64,000 bases of DNA from Chitinivorax sp. (GCA_046347685.1 JAXMFR010000005.1:23269-87268), one strand, 5' to 3'; positions 30,378 through 39,756 are shown, numbered from the stretch's first letter. Translations and numbers: made by a program. The notes: generated by a model not told the origin, from the sequence alone.

Positions 30378-30560
30378 TTAAAGACAGATAAGTAGCCAAG
30401 TAGCGTGGAAAAAAATTGCCCATGCGCTAGTTGATTTGTTTTCGGTGGGCATTTTTGCCCACCCCGCCAAGATTTCAGTCCGACTGAGTCGCTACTGTTC
30501 GGCACCGCGTCGGACTGAAGTCCGACCTACGACAATCGTAGCCTGGCAGTGACATAAGCA

Positions 30561-30632
30561 TCGGCCTGCAGCCCGCTCTGCCATTGGCCCGCAGGCAGGC
30601 CTGCAAGGCGCGCCAGTATTGGCTCGCAGGCT
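30561..30632. repeat. REP-like element (copy 4: module Y then module X)
   Basis: CTGCAGCCCGCTCTGCCATTGGCCC (30566-30590) followed by CTGCAAGGCGCGCCAGTATTGGCTCGCAGGC (30601-30631). Confidence 0.7.
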
Positions 30633-30667
30633 TATAGATAAAAAACCATAATCCGGAGGAGTGAAAC

Positions 30668-31561
30668 ATGAACCACAACATCGCCTTTATCGGCCTCGGC
30701 AATATGGGCGGGCCGATGGCGTTGAATTTGCTGCAAGCGGGCTTTGTGCTGACGGTGTTCGATCTGTCGCCAACTGCTTTGCAAACGGCGCAGGCGGCGG
30801 GCGCCAAGGTTGCAGCCACGGCGGCGGAAGCAGCGGCGGGCGCCGACATCATCGTGTCAATGTTGCCGGCCAGCGCGCATGTCGAGGATTTGTATCTCGG
30901 CAGCGGCGAGGTGTTGAAGGTGGTGAAGCCCGGCACGCTGATTGTCGATTGCAGCACGATTGCGCCGCAGACGGCGAAGACGGTGTATCAGGCGGCGCAG
31001 GCGGCGGGGTGTGCGATGATCGATGCGCCGGTGTCGGGCGGCACGGCGGGGGCGGCGGCGGGGACGTTGACGTTTATCGTTGGCGGCGAAACCGAAGCGC
31101 TGGAGCGCGCGCGGCCGTTGCTGGAGAAAATGGGCAAGAACATTTTCCACGCCGGCGACCACGGCGCCGGGCAGGTGGCGAAAATCTGCAATAACATGCT
31201 GCTGGCGATCCACATGATCGGCACCGCCGAGGCGCTCAATCTCGGCACCTCTCTGGGGCTGGATGCCAAGGTGCTGAGCGAGATCATCAACAAGAGCTCG
31301 GGCCGCAACTGGAGCAGTGAGCTGTATAACCCGTTCCCCGGCGTGATGGAAAACGTGCCGGCCAGCCGTGGTTACAGCGGCGGCTTCGGCGTCGATTTGA
31401 TGCTGAAAGACCTGGGGCTGGCGCAAGAAGCAGCGCTGCACGCCAAGGCCGCCACGCCGCTGGGCGCGCTGGCGCGCAATCTGTACCACCTGCACAGCCT
31501 GGCCGGCAACGGCAGGCTGGATTTCTCCAGCATTCTTGAATTGCTGCAGGCTGATGACTGA
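30668..31561 (+). CDS. mmsB: 3-hydroxyisobutyrate dehydrogenase
   Basis: N-terminal Rossmann motif IAFIGLGNMGGPMA. It is the last step of the valine-catabolism set. GGAGGA RBS. Confidence 0.92.
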   Translation: MNHNIAFIGLGNMGGPMALNLLQAGFVLTVFDLSPTALQTAQAAGAKVAATAAEAAAGADIIVSMLPASAHVEDLYLGSGEVLKVVKPGTLIVDCSTIAPQTAKTVYQAAQAAGCAMIDAPVSGGTAGAAAGTLTFIVGGETEALERARPLLEKMGKNIFHAGDHGAGQVAKICNNMLLAIHMIGTAEALNLGTSLGLDAKVLSEIINKSSGRNWSSELYNPFPGVMENVPASRGYSGGFGVDLMLKDLGLAQEAALHAKAATPLGALARNLYHLHSLAGNGRLDFSSILELLQADD

Positions 31562-32489
31562 CAGCATGCCGCTGCCACCGGGCATGGCGGTGATCGAGCG
31601 CGGCTGGCTCAACGCCAACCACGTGTTGTTCCGCGAAAACGATAACGACGGCGCGGTGCTGATCGACAGCGGTTACGTGACGCACGCGGACACCACACTG
31701 GCCTTACTACGATCACCGGATGCTTTGGGCGAGCGGCCACTGGCGCGGGTGCTGAATACCCATTGCCACAGCGACCACATGGGCGGCAATGCGCGGCTGC
31801 AGCGCGAATATGGTGCGCAGGTGTGGGTGCCGGAAGCGGAAGCGCCGCATATCCAGAGCTGGGATCAGGCGGCGCTGTGGCTGGACGATGCCGGCCAGCA
31901 GGCCGAGCCGTTTCGCGTCGATGGCCTGCTGCGGCCGGGCGAAAGCTTGCTGCTGGGCCAGACCGAGTGGCAGTTGCTGGCCGCGCCCGGCCACCGCAAT
32001 GAGGCGCTGATGTTTTATGCGCCGGAATACCGCATCCTGATCAGCGGCGATGCCTTGTGGCAGAACGGCCTCGGCGCAGTGTTGCCGGATGCCGATCTTG
32101 CCGGGCTGGCTGCGGCGCAAGCCACGCTGGAGCTGATTGCAGCACTGGATGTGGATTGGGTGATCCCCGGCCACGGTGCGCCGTTTGGCGATGTGCAGCA
32201 GGCTTTAAGTACCGCCGGCAAACGCCTGCAGCAATGGCGCGCTGACCCGCAGCGCTGGGCCGATAGTCTGCTCAAATCGCTGTTGCTGTTTAATCTGCTG
32301 GAACAAGGCAGTATGGCTGTGGCAGCGCTGCCGGATTATTTGCAGTCCTTGCCTTTGTTGCGTGACGCCAGCCAGCGGCTGCTGGCGTTGTCGGCGCAAC
32401 AATTGGCGGAAAATGTGTTGCAGCAGCTACGCGCGGCAGGGCTGGTGCGCGTGCACGACGGGATGCTGCTGCCGCTATTGCCGGCGTGA
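31554..32489 (+). CDS. MBL-fold metallo-hydrolase
   Basis: HCHSDHMGG (HxHxDH) and a downstream PGH motif. The start overlaps the mmsB stop (ATGACTGA). Confidence 0.8.
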   Translation: MTDSMPLPPGMAVIERGWLNANHVLFRENDNDGAVLIDSGYVTHADTTLALLRSPDALGERPLARVLNTHCHSDHMGGNARLQREYGAQVWVPEAEAPHIQSWDQAALWLDDAGQQAEPFRVDGLLRPGESLLLGQTEWQLLAAPGHRNEALMFYAPEYRILISGDALWQNGLGAVLPDADLAGLAAAQATLELIAALDVDWVIPGHGAPFGDVQQALSTAGKRLQQWRADPQRWADSLLKSLLLFNLLEQGSMAVAALPDYLQSLPLLRDASQRLLALSAQQLAENVLQQLRAAGLVRVHDGMLLPLLPA

Positions 32490-32575
32490 CGCCAGCGCTT
32501 GCCGGCGCGGCTTGTCGGCTATAATGGGCATTCCTATCGTTTCAATTGCCGCCAGCGCGCTGCCGATTGCTCTCC

Positions 32576-35152
32576 ATGCCCGAATCCACCCCGAAACGCC
32601 CGCAACGCGTCTGGTTGCTGCTGCTATTGTGCGCGGGCTTTTTTGCGACTTTTCTGGTTGCTGCCACGGTGATCCGCAATGCGGTGCAGAAAACCGTCGA
32701 GCATCAGGCACTGAACGTGGCGGAGATTGTTGCCAATCAGGCCACCACCGCGCGTTCGGTGTATGCCGCAAGTATCGTCGACAAACTGCAGCGTGACGGC
32801 TTTGGCCCGCACGTGCATTCGGAAACGCTGAGCGGTTATGTGCCGATTCCGGCGCAGTTTCTCAAGCTGGTGGGGCAGGCGTCGTCCAGCAATAGCGCGC
32901 ATCTGTTTGAATACAAGCCGGTCAGCAAATGGAATCTCGATCCGCAGCAGGGGCTGGGCGATGATTTTCTGCGCTGGGCCTGGCCACAGCTGGAACAACA
33001 GGATCAGGCCAACCCCGGTGGCCCGATCGAGTGGCGGCCGGTTTGGCGCTTTGAGCAGCAGAACGGCAAGCGGGTGCTGCGTTATCTGCGTGCCGATGCC
33101 GCTTCGCAAGCCTCGTGTGTGGCCTGTCACAACAGTTATGAAAAAACCGCTGAAATCCGCAACCGGCGTGGTCTGCAGCATACCCTGGCGGACAAGCAGT
33201 GGCGCCAGCATCAATTGCTTGGGGCCTTGTCGGTAACGATTCCGCTGGATCGGGTGGAGCAGGTGGCGACAATTCAGATCCGCGAAACCAGCGGGCTGAT
33301 TTTCGGCATTCTTCTAGCCAGCTTTGCTGCGATGCTCTGGTTCAGCTGGCGCATGGTGCGGCAAGAGCGTGATCTGCAGCGTACCGGCCTGCAACTGGCG
33401 CACGCCGAACAGCAGCACCGCACCGCGCAAACCTTGCTGGAGGCGAAGCAGGGCGTGGAGCGTGCATTCAGCGAGTTGTCCGCTTATCTGCACGCGATTG
33501 GCCAGCATGCGCTGGTGTCGGTCACCGATCCGTCCGGGCGCATTATCGAAGCCAACGACAAGTTCTGCCAGGTGAGTGGCTACAGCCGCGATGAGCTGAT
33601 CGGGCAGGATCATCGCCTGGTGAATTCCGGTTATCACAGCCAGGCATTTTTTGCCGAATTGTGGGCCACCATCCAGCGTGGCGAAGTGTGGCGCGGCGAG
33701 ATCTGCAACCGCGCCAAGTCCGGCCGTCTTTACTGGGTGGATAGCGCGATTGTGCCGCTCAAGGATGAGGCCGGCCGGGTACAGCGCTTTATTTCCATCC
33801 GCATCGATATCAGCGAGCACAAGCGGGTAGAGCAGCGTGCGCTGCATCTGGCGACCCACGATGCCCTGACCGGCCTGCCCAACCGCACGCTGTTGCAGGA
33901 TCGCATCCAGCAGGTGCTGGCGCACGATCGGCTCAGTCATTTGCAGGCAGCGGTGATGTTTATCGACCTCGACCAGTTCAAGGTGATCAACGATACCCTC
34001 GGCCATGACGTGGGCGACCTGTTGCTGGTGGAGGTGGCGCGGCGGCTGTGCGCCGGTGTGGGCGAAGAAGACACGGTGGCGCGCCAGGGCGGTGACGAGT
34101 TCATCATCCTGCTGCCGCAAATCGGCGGTGTGCCACAGCTCGCGGCATTGGCGCAATCCCTGCTGCAGCGCCTGACCGAGCCTTATCAGGTGCAGGGCGA
34201 AACGCTGCATATCAGCGCCAGTATCGGCATCGCGGTGTTTCCGGATGACGGCAACAATGTCGAAACGCTGCTGAAAAACAGCGATATCGCCATGTATCAC
34301 GCCAAGGAAAGCGGCCGCAACAATGCGCAGTTTTTCACTGCGTCGATGAACCAGCAGGCGGCCGAACGGCATGCATTGCTCAACGATCTGCGCCAGGCGC
34401 TGAGTGCCGGGCAGCTGCATCTGGTGTATCAGCCGATTGTGGCAGTGCAGACGGGGGCCTTGGTGGCGCTGGAGGTGTTGCTGCGCTGGCAACACCCGCA
34501 GCGCGGTGAGATTGCGCCGTCGCGTTTCATTCCGCTGGCGGAAGAGAGCGGCCTGATCGTGCCGATGGGGGAATGGGTGCTGCGTTCTGCCTGCCGGCAA
34601 CTGGCGCAATGGCAAACGCAAGGGCTGGCGGTGCCACGGCTGGCGATCAATCTCTCGGCCAGCCAGTTCCAACAGCGCAGCTTGCTGCCGCTGCTGCGCG
34701 AATTGTTGCAGCAAACCGGAGTGGAGCCTTCCGGCATCGAGCTGGAAATCACCGAAAACATCCTGATGGCGGATACCGACGAAGTGATCGACAGCTTGCA
34801 GCAGTTGCACCAGCTGGGGCTGAAAATCGCCATCGACGACTTCGGCACCGGCTATTCCAGCCTCAGCTATCTGAAACGTTTTCCGCTCGACACGCTGAAA
34901 ATCGATCGCTCGTTCGTGATCGACATTGCCGGTTCCGCCGCCAGCGACGATGCCAATATCGTGATTGCCACCATCGCCTTGGCACACAGCCTGGGCATGC
35001 GCGTGGTTGCCGAGGGGGTGGAAACCGCAGCGCAGCTTGAGCTGTTGCGCCAGCATGGTTGTGATCTGTATCAGGGCTTTTATTACAGCCGGCCGCTTGC
35101 AGCCGAACAGGTGCCGTCCTTGCTGATTGGGCCAAAGCCAGGCGGCCATTGA
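32576..35152 (+). CDS. membrane sensor: periplasmic CXXCH (DUF3365-like) domain - PAS - GGDEF - EAL
   Basis: Two TM helices flank a periplasmic domain of about 220 aa that carries CVACH. The cytoplasmic part has PAS, GGDEF (RQGGDEFIIL) and EAL (EVLLR, DDFGTGYSSL, EGVE, QGFYYSRP) domains. Confidence 0.85.
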   Translation: MPESTPKRPQRVWLLLLLCAGFFATFLVAATVIRNAVQKTVEHQALNVAEIVANQATTARSVYAASIVDKLQRDGFGPHVHSETLSGYVPIPAQFLKLVGQASSSNSAHLFEYKPVSKWNLDPQQGLGDDFLRWAWPQLEQQDQANPGGPIEWRPVWRFEQQNGKRVLRYLRADAASQASCVACHNSYEKTAEIRNRRGLQHTLADKQWRQHQLLGALSVTIPLDRVEQVATIQIRETSGLIFGILLASFAAMLWFSWRMVRQERDLQRTGLQLAHAEQQHRTAQTLLEAKQGVERAFSELSAYLHAIGQHALVSVTDPSGRIIEANDKFCQVSGYSRDELIGQDHRLVNSGYHSQAFFAELWATIQRGEVWRGEICNRAKSGRLYWVDSAIVPLKDEAGRVQRFISIRIDISEHKRVEQRALHLATHDALTGLPNRTLLQDRIQQVLAHDRLSHLQAAVMFIDLDQFKVINDTLGHDVGDLLLVEVARRLCAGVGEEDTVARQGGDEFIILLPQIGGVPQLAALAQSLLQRLTEPYQVQGETLHISASIGIAVFPDDGNNVETLLKNSDIAMYHAKESGRNNAQFFTASMNQQAAERHALLNDLRQALSAGQLHLVYQPIVAVQTGALVALEVLLRWQHPQRGEIAPSRFIPLAEESGLIVPMGEWVLRSACRQLAQWQTQGLAVPRLAINLSASQFQQRSLLPLLRELLQQTGVEPSGIELEITENILMADTDEVIDSLQQLHQLGLKIAIDDFGTGYSSLSYLKRFPLDTLKIDRSFVIDIAGSAASDDANIVIATIALAHSLGMRVVAEGVETAAQLELLRQHGCDLYQGFYYSRPLAAEQVPSLLIGPKPGGH

Positions 35153-35247
35153 AGTAGCGCATTCTTCGACTATTCGCTTGCCAGCAACTATCTTGAAAGA
35201 AGCGTTAACAGCGTTAGACACGCTAGGCGTTTCTGGAAAGGTCAGGC

Positions 35248-36093
35248 ATGAATGCAATCAGGCGGGCAGGGGGCAGGTGGTTGTGCATATTGGCGCTGTG
35301 TTCGCCCCTGGTGGCGGCGCAGGCAGCAACGGATGAGCTGAATTGGGGCATCGAGCCTTTTTTGCACCCGCGCAATCTCGCCCCAACCTTTAAATCCTCT
35401 CGTGATTTTCTCGCCGAGCGAACCGGCACGCGTATTGTCACCACCACCGGTGCCAACTATGACCAGTTCGTCGCCAATGTCTTGCGCGGCGAATACGATC
35501 TGGCGCTGCTTGGCCCTCATACCGGACTGCTGGCTATCCAGAAAGCAGGCTATCTGCCTTTGCTGCAGTGCGAGAGCACGCTCAAGGCGATTTTGCTGGT
35601 CGACAAAAACTCCGCCTACCGCAGCCCGCAAGACTTGAAAGGCAAACCGGTCGCGCTACCGGATCATCTGACCATAACGTCCATGCTTGGCGCCGAATTC
35701 TTCCGTGCGCAGCCAGGCTCCCCGGCGGTCGAGGTGCAGTACCGTTATAACGACTTCCAGGTTGACGGGCCGCTGATGGCACTGAAAGGCGAAGTGGCGG
35801 CGGCAGTGATGGCCGACGAAGTGTATGACCTGATTTCTCCGCATATTCGTTCCGATCTGCGCATCATCGGTGAAAGCCGCCGCGTGCCGGGCTTGAGCCT
35901 GCTGGTGCACAAGCGGGTGCCGCAGGAGCGGCGCGAGCGCTTGCGTGCCGCCTCGCTGGAGTTTTTGCGTACCGCCGATCCGCGCGTCAATCTGTTTGTG
36001 CGCACCTGTGTCGCATCGGAAAAATCACTGGGCGAAGACGCCCAGCGGCTGCTGGCCCCCTATGTCGAAGAATTGAAACGCCGCTTGCCATGA
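35248..36093 (+). CDS. secreted PhnD/PBP2-like substrate-binding protein, paralog 1
   Basis: Signal peptide ..LVAAQA followed by a type-2 periplasmic binding fold pattern (ANYDQFVANVLRGEYDLALLGPH). No transporter partners are present. Confidence 0.65.
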   Translation: MNAIRRAGGRWLCILALCSPLVAAQAATDELNWGIEPFLHPRNLAPTFKSSRDFLAERTGTRIVTTTGANYDQFVANVLRGEYDLALLGPHTGLLAIQKAGYLPLLQCESTLKAILLVDKNSAYRSPQDLKGKPVALPDHLTITSMLGAEFFRAQPGSPAVEVQYRYNDFQVDGPLMALKGEVAAAVMADEVYDLISPHIRSDLRIIGESRRVPGLSLLVHKRVPQERRERLRAASLEFLRTADPRVNLFVRTCVASEKSLGEDAQRLLAPYVEELKRRLP

Positions 36094-36145
36094 GCGTAGG
36101 CCTGCTTGTTCCTGCCTGTCCTTGCCAATTCTCGGGAGATCGGAT

Positions 36146-37018
36146 TTGAATGTCGTTGCATCTGTTGTAAACACCCGCTTGCATCGGGCCTGCTGGCTGT
36201 TCGCGGCCGGCGCATGCCTGCTGCTTGGCGCGCCTGCCGCGCAGGCCGCCGGGGCGGAAATTTCGCTGGGCATCGAGCCCTTGCTCAGTGCGCGAACACT
36301 CGCCACTTCGTTCCAGTCGTTCCGCGACTATCTGGGTGAAAAAAGCGGCAGCAAAGTGGTGCTGGATACTGCACCGAATTACGAGAAATTCCTGCAGCAG
36401 CTGCTGGCAGGTGAATTCGACATTGCTTTTGTCGGCCCGCATTCTTCTTTGCTGGCAGCGCAGAAGGCAGGTTACAGCGGCTTGTTTAAATGCGAAGGCA
36501 GCATGCAGGCGGTGTTGATTGTCGATCGCAACGGGCCGTATCAGAAGGCACAGGACCTTAAGGGAAAGCAGGTGGCTCTGCCCGATCCGCACACGCTGGG
36601 GGCGATGCTGGGTGCGGAAATGTTCCGTCCGCCACAGGTTGCCACGGCGGTGGATGTCAGCTTCAAATACAACGATTTCAGCAATACCGCTGCGCTGATG
36701 TTGCTGCGCGGCGACGCAGCAGCGGCGGTGGTGATCCAGTCGGCACTGAAAATCATGTCGCCGGAAATTCAGAATAATGTGCGGGTGCTGGCCGAAAGCA
36801 AGGCGGTGCCACATATGGTGATCATTGTGCACCAGCGGGTGAACGCGGAAAAACGGCAAAAGCTGCACGACGCGATTCTGGAGTTTGTGCGTATTACCGA
36901 TCCCCGCCGTAATGTCTTCGTACAAAGCTGTCGGCCCAGCGACAAGCTGTTGAGTGAGCAGGAAGCGAAGCAACTGGGGCCTTATGTGGATGAACTGAAA
37001 CGGAGGCTGGGCCAATGA
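36146..37018 (+). CDS. secreted PhnD/PBP2-like substrate-binding protein, paralog 2
   Basis: 39 of 77 residues are identical to paralog 1 over the segment GIEP..CE(S/G). The same C-terminal YV(E/D)ELKRRL is present. TTG 36146 follows GGGAG, and TTG 36122 is also possible. Confidence 0.65.
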   Translation: MNVVASVVNTRLHRACWLFAAGACLLLGAPAAQAAGAEISLGIEPLLSARTLATSFQSFRDYLGEKSGSKVVLDTAPNYEKFLQQLLAGEFDIAFVGPHSSLLAAQKAGYSGLFKCEGSMQAVLIVDRNGPYQKAQDLKGKQVALPDPHTLGAMLGAEMFRPPQVATAVDVSFKYNDFSNTAALMLLRGDAAAAVVIQSALKIMSPEIQNNVRVLAESKAVPHMVIIVHQRVNAEKRQKLHDAILEFVRITDPRRNVFVQSCRPSDKLLSEQEAKQLGPYVDELKRRLGQ

Positions 37019-39756
37019 AATGGCGTCTGAGCCCATTGCGGGCGCGACTGGCGGCGGCCGTGTTGCTGGTGCAGGTGGTGCTGGTGGCCATGCTGGCGGT
37101 AAACATGCTGCAGTCTTGGGAGCACGTCGCCCGCGATAATCTGTCGCGCCGGGTTCAGGAACTGAATCTGCTGTTCAATTCCACCCTGACGCCGATGCTG
37201 ATGGCGCGTGATTATGCGACCGCCGGCGATCAGATGGAGAGTATTCGCAGTGGCAACCAGATCGACTATCTGGTGTTGTTTGACCGGCGCGGCAAGGTCG
37301 TCGCCGCCAGCGGCTGGAAAGCCGGTGTAGCGTTGCCGGCAGCAGACTCGATCCAGCAGTTTGGCCGCATCAACCAGACCTTTCACGCGGTGACCGAGCT
37401 GCGTCTGGCGGACGAACGTTATGGTGTGTTGCGCTATGGCATTTCCACGCATGCCCTGGCCGATACCTTGCGTAATATGTACTGGCAGACGCTGGCGATT
37501 GCGCTGACATCTGGTGCCTTGTCGACTGTGGTGCTGCTGTTCATCGGCTTCCGTCTGACGCGTGATATCGGCCGTTTGAGCCAGGCGGCCAACGCCATTG
37601 CCAAGGGAGAGAGCATTGGCCAGTTGAATATTCGCAGCAAGGATGAAATCGGCATGCTGGCGCGCGATTTTGAATCGATGGCCAGCAAGCTGCAGCAGCA
37701 GATGCAGGATTTGCGTCAGCGCGAGCAAGAGAAGGCAACGGCAATTGGCGAGAAGCTGGCGGCCGAAGCATCCGCGCAATCGAAGAGCGAATTCCTTGCC
37801 AATATGAGCCACGAAATCCGCACACCGATGAATGGCGTGATCGGCATGCTTGGGCTGCTGATGAGTACTGAACTTAATCCACAGCAGAAGGAGTTTGCCG
37901 AAGTGGCGCGCGGCAGCGCCGAGAGCCTGCTGGGGCTGATCAACGATATTCTGGATTTCTCCAAGATCGAGGCCGGCAAGCTGGAAATCGAACCGATTCG
38001 TTTCGATTTGCGGCAAGTGCTGGAAGCCACTGCCGATTTCCAGTTGTTGCCGGCCGAGAAAAAGGGCCTCAACCTGATCCTGCGCTATGCGCCAGACGCT
38101 CCCGAGCTGCTGATCGGTGACCCGGGGCGGATTCGCCAGATCATTTCCAATCTGATCAGCAACGCCATCAAATTCACCCACGAGGGCTATGTGTTGCTGG
38201 AGGTGTTGGCTCATGCGCCGACCGACGATGGCTGTCATCTGACTGTGCGCGTGAGCGACAGCGGGATTGGCATGAGTGCCGAGCAACAGGCAAAAATCTT
38301 TGAAAAATTTACCCAGGCTGATACCTCGACCACCCGCGTTTATGGCGGCACCGGGCTGGGGCTGGCGATTTCCAAGCAGTTGTGCGAGCTGATGGGCGGT
38401 GAAATCGGTGTTTCCAGCGAGCCGGGCAAGGGCAGCACCTTCTGGTTCACGCTGAATCTGCCACTGGCCGAGCCATTTGATGCCAGCTACCGGCCGGCTG
38501 TTGCCGAGCTGGCCGGCAAACGCGTCCTGCATGTTTGCGATCATCCACAGACCGCACGCGTGCTGCAGGAGCAACTGCAATATCTCGGCATGCGCGCCGA
38601 AGCCTGTGACAGTGCATTTGAGGCACTCAACCTGATGCAACAGGCGCTGGATGCCGGCGATCCGATTGCCATTGGCGTGTTTGCCGAACAAATGCCGGGG
38701 CTGGACGCGCTGAGTTTTGCCACAGCGCTGGCCGACGATCCCAATATGGCGGTAACCAAGCTGGTGGTGCTGGGGCCGCCGATTCGCCAGCGCGATCTTG
38801 ATGCCTACCGGCATGCCGGTTGTCGTGAGTATCTGTCGAGCCCGTTACACCGCGACGATATCCGCAACGTGCTGCGTGCCAGCCTGTCGGATGAATTCAG
38901 ACAGATCGAATTTGTGACCCGCCATACGCTGGTCAACGCGGTCGACAATGGCTCTTCCCCTGTAAGTAACATTGCCTATCCGAACAGCCGGGTGTTGGTG
39001 GTGGACGACAATGCGGTAAACCAGCAGGTGGTGTCGGTGATGCTGGAGCGTTATGGCTGTATCGTCGATGTAGCTGCCAACGGCATCGAAGCGGTGAACC
39101 AGGTGCAGTTGCTGCCCTACGATATCGTGCTGATGGATTGCCAGATGCCGGAAATGGATGGTTATGAAGCCACGCGCCGGATTCGTCAGTTGCTGCAGGA
39201 TCAGACGCGGCGTCTGCCGATCGTGGCGCTGACTGCCAATGCCATGGCGGGCGATGCCGACAGGTGTTTTGCCGCCGGCATGGATGACTATTTGTCAAAA
39301 CCGATCCGGCCCGAGGATCTGAGCAAAGTGCTCGGCAAATGGCTGGTGGCGGGCACCCTGGTCAGTGCTGCTGCACCTGTACCCGCTGAGCCCCCCGCAG
39401 CAAGCCCGGCGCCAGACGATGAATATGAAAAAGTCCGGCAAATGCTGGGCAGCAAACACGGCAAACTGACCCAGTTGTATCTGCAAGAGGCAGAAAACCG
39501 CTTGGTTTCGCTGCAGCAGGCGTTCTCCGATCAGGATTGGGAGCAGACCCGGCAATTGGCGCATGCGATCAAGGGCACATCACTGTCGATTGGCGCGCGG
39601 GCTTTTGCCGAATTGCTGGATCAGGTCGAACAAGGGGCGCTAACCGGCGATGCCAGCAATTTGCTGGCGCAACCGATGGCCGAGTTGCCGGAAGCTTTTG
39701 CACGGGTTCGGCAGCAACTGCAGCGTTATTTGCCGGTGGCTGAAACCGACGCCTGA
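37015..39756 (+). CDS. hybrid sensor histidine kinase (periplasmic domain-HAMP-HisKA-HATPase-degenerate REC-REC-Hpt)
   Basis: H-box [11 protein letters not shown] (His codon 37810-37812) and G-boxes DSGIGM/GGTGLGL. REC with DD and [11 protein letters not shown] (Asp codon 39136-39138). Hpt HAIKGTS (His codon 39562-39564). Its ATGA start overlaps the upstream stop. Confidence 0.9.
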   Translation: MKWRLSPLRARLAAAVLLVQVVLVAMLAVNMLQSWEHVARDNLSRRVQELNLLFNSTLTPMLMARDYATAGDQMESIRSGNQIDYLVLFDRRGKVVAASGWKAGVALPAADSIQQFGRINQTFHAVTELRLADERYGVLRYGISTHALADTLRNMYWQTLAIALTSGALSTVVLLFIGFRLTRDIGRLSQAANAIAKGESIGQLNIRSKDEIGMLARDFESMASKLQQQMQDLRQREQEKATAIGEKLAAEASAQSKSEFLANMSHEIRTPMNGVIGMLGLLMSTELNPQQKEFAEVARGSAESLLGLINDILDFSKIEAGKLEIEPIRFDLRQVLEATADFQLLPAEKKGLNLILRYAPDAPELLIGDPGRIRQIISNLISNAIKFTHEGYVLLEVLAHAPTDDGCHLTVRVSDSGIGMSAEQQAKIFEKFTQADTSTTRVYGGTGLGLAISKQLCELMGGEIGVSSEPGKGSTFWFTLNLPLAEPFDASYRPAVAELAGKRVLHVCDHPQTARVLQEQLQYLGMRAEACDSAFEALNLMQQALDAGDPIAIGVFAEQMPGLDALSFATALADDPNMAVTKLVVLGPPIRQRDLDAYRHAGCREYLSSPLHRDDIRNVLRASLSDEFRQIEFVTRHTLVNAVDNGSSPVSNIAYPNSRVLVVDDNAVNQQVVSVMLERYGCIVDVAANGIEAVNQVQLLPYDIVLMDCQMPEMDGYEATRRIRQLLQDQTRRLPIVALTANAMAGDADRCFAAGMDDYLSKPIRPEDLSKVLGKWLVAGTLVSAAAPVPAEPPAASPAPDDEYEKVRQMLGSKHGKLTQLYLQEAENRLVSLQQAFSDQDWEQTRQLAHAIKGTSLSIGARAFAELLDQVEQGALTGDASNLLAQPMAELPEAFARVRQQLQRYLPVAETDA

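Noticed and set aside
30290-30505. A 71-aa minus-strand ORF spanning the IS right end and the hairpin region. Other small ORFs occur at 28250-28504 and 28345-28629.
   Set aside because: They cross the IS boundary or overlap the orphan gene out of frame. They have no RBS or motif support and are most likely chance ORFs.
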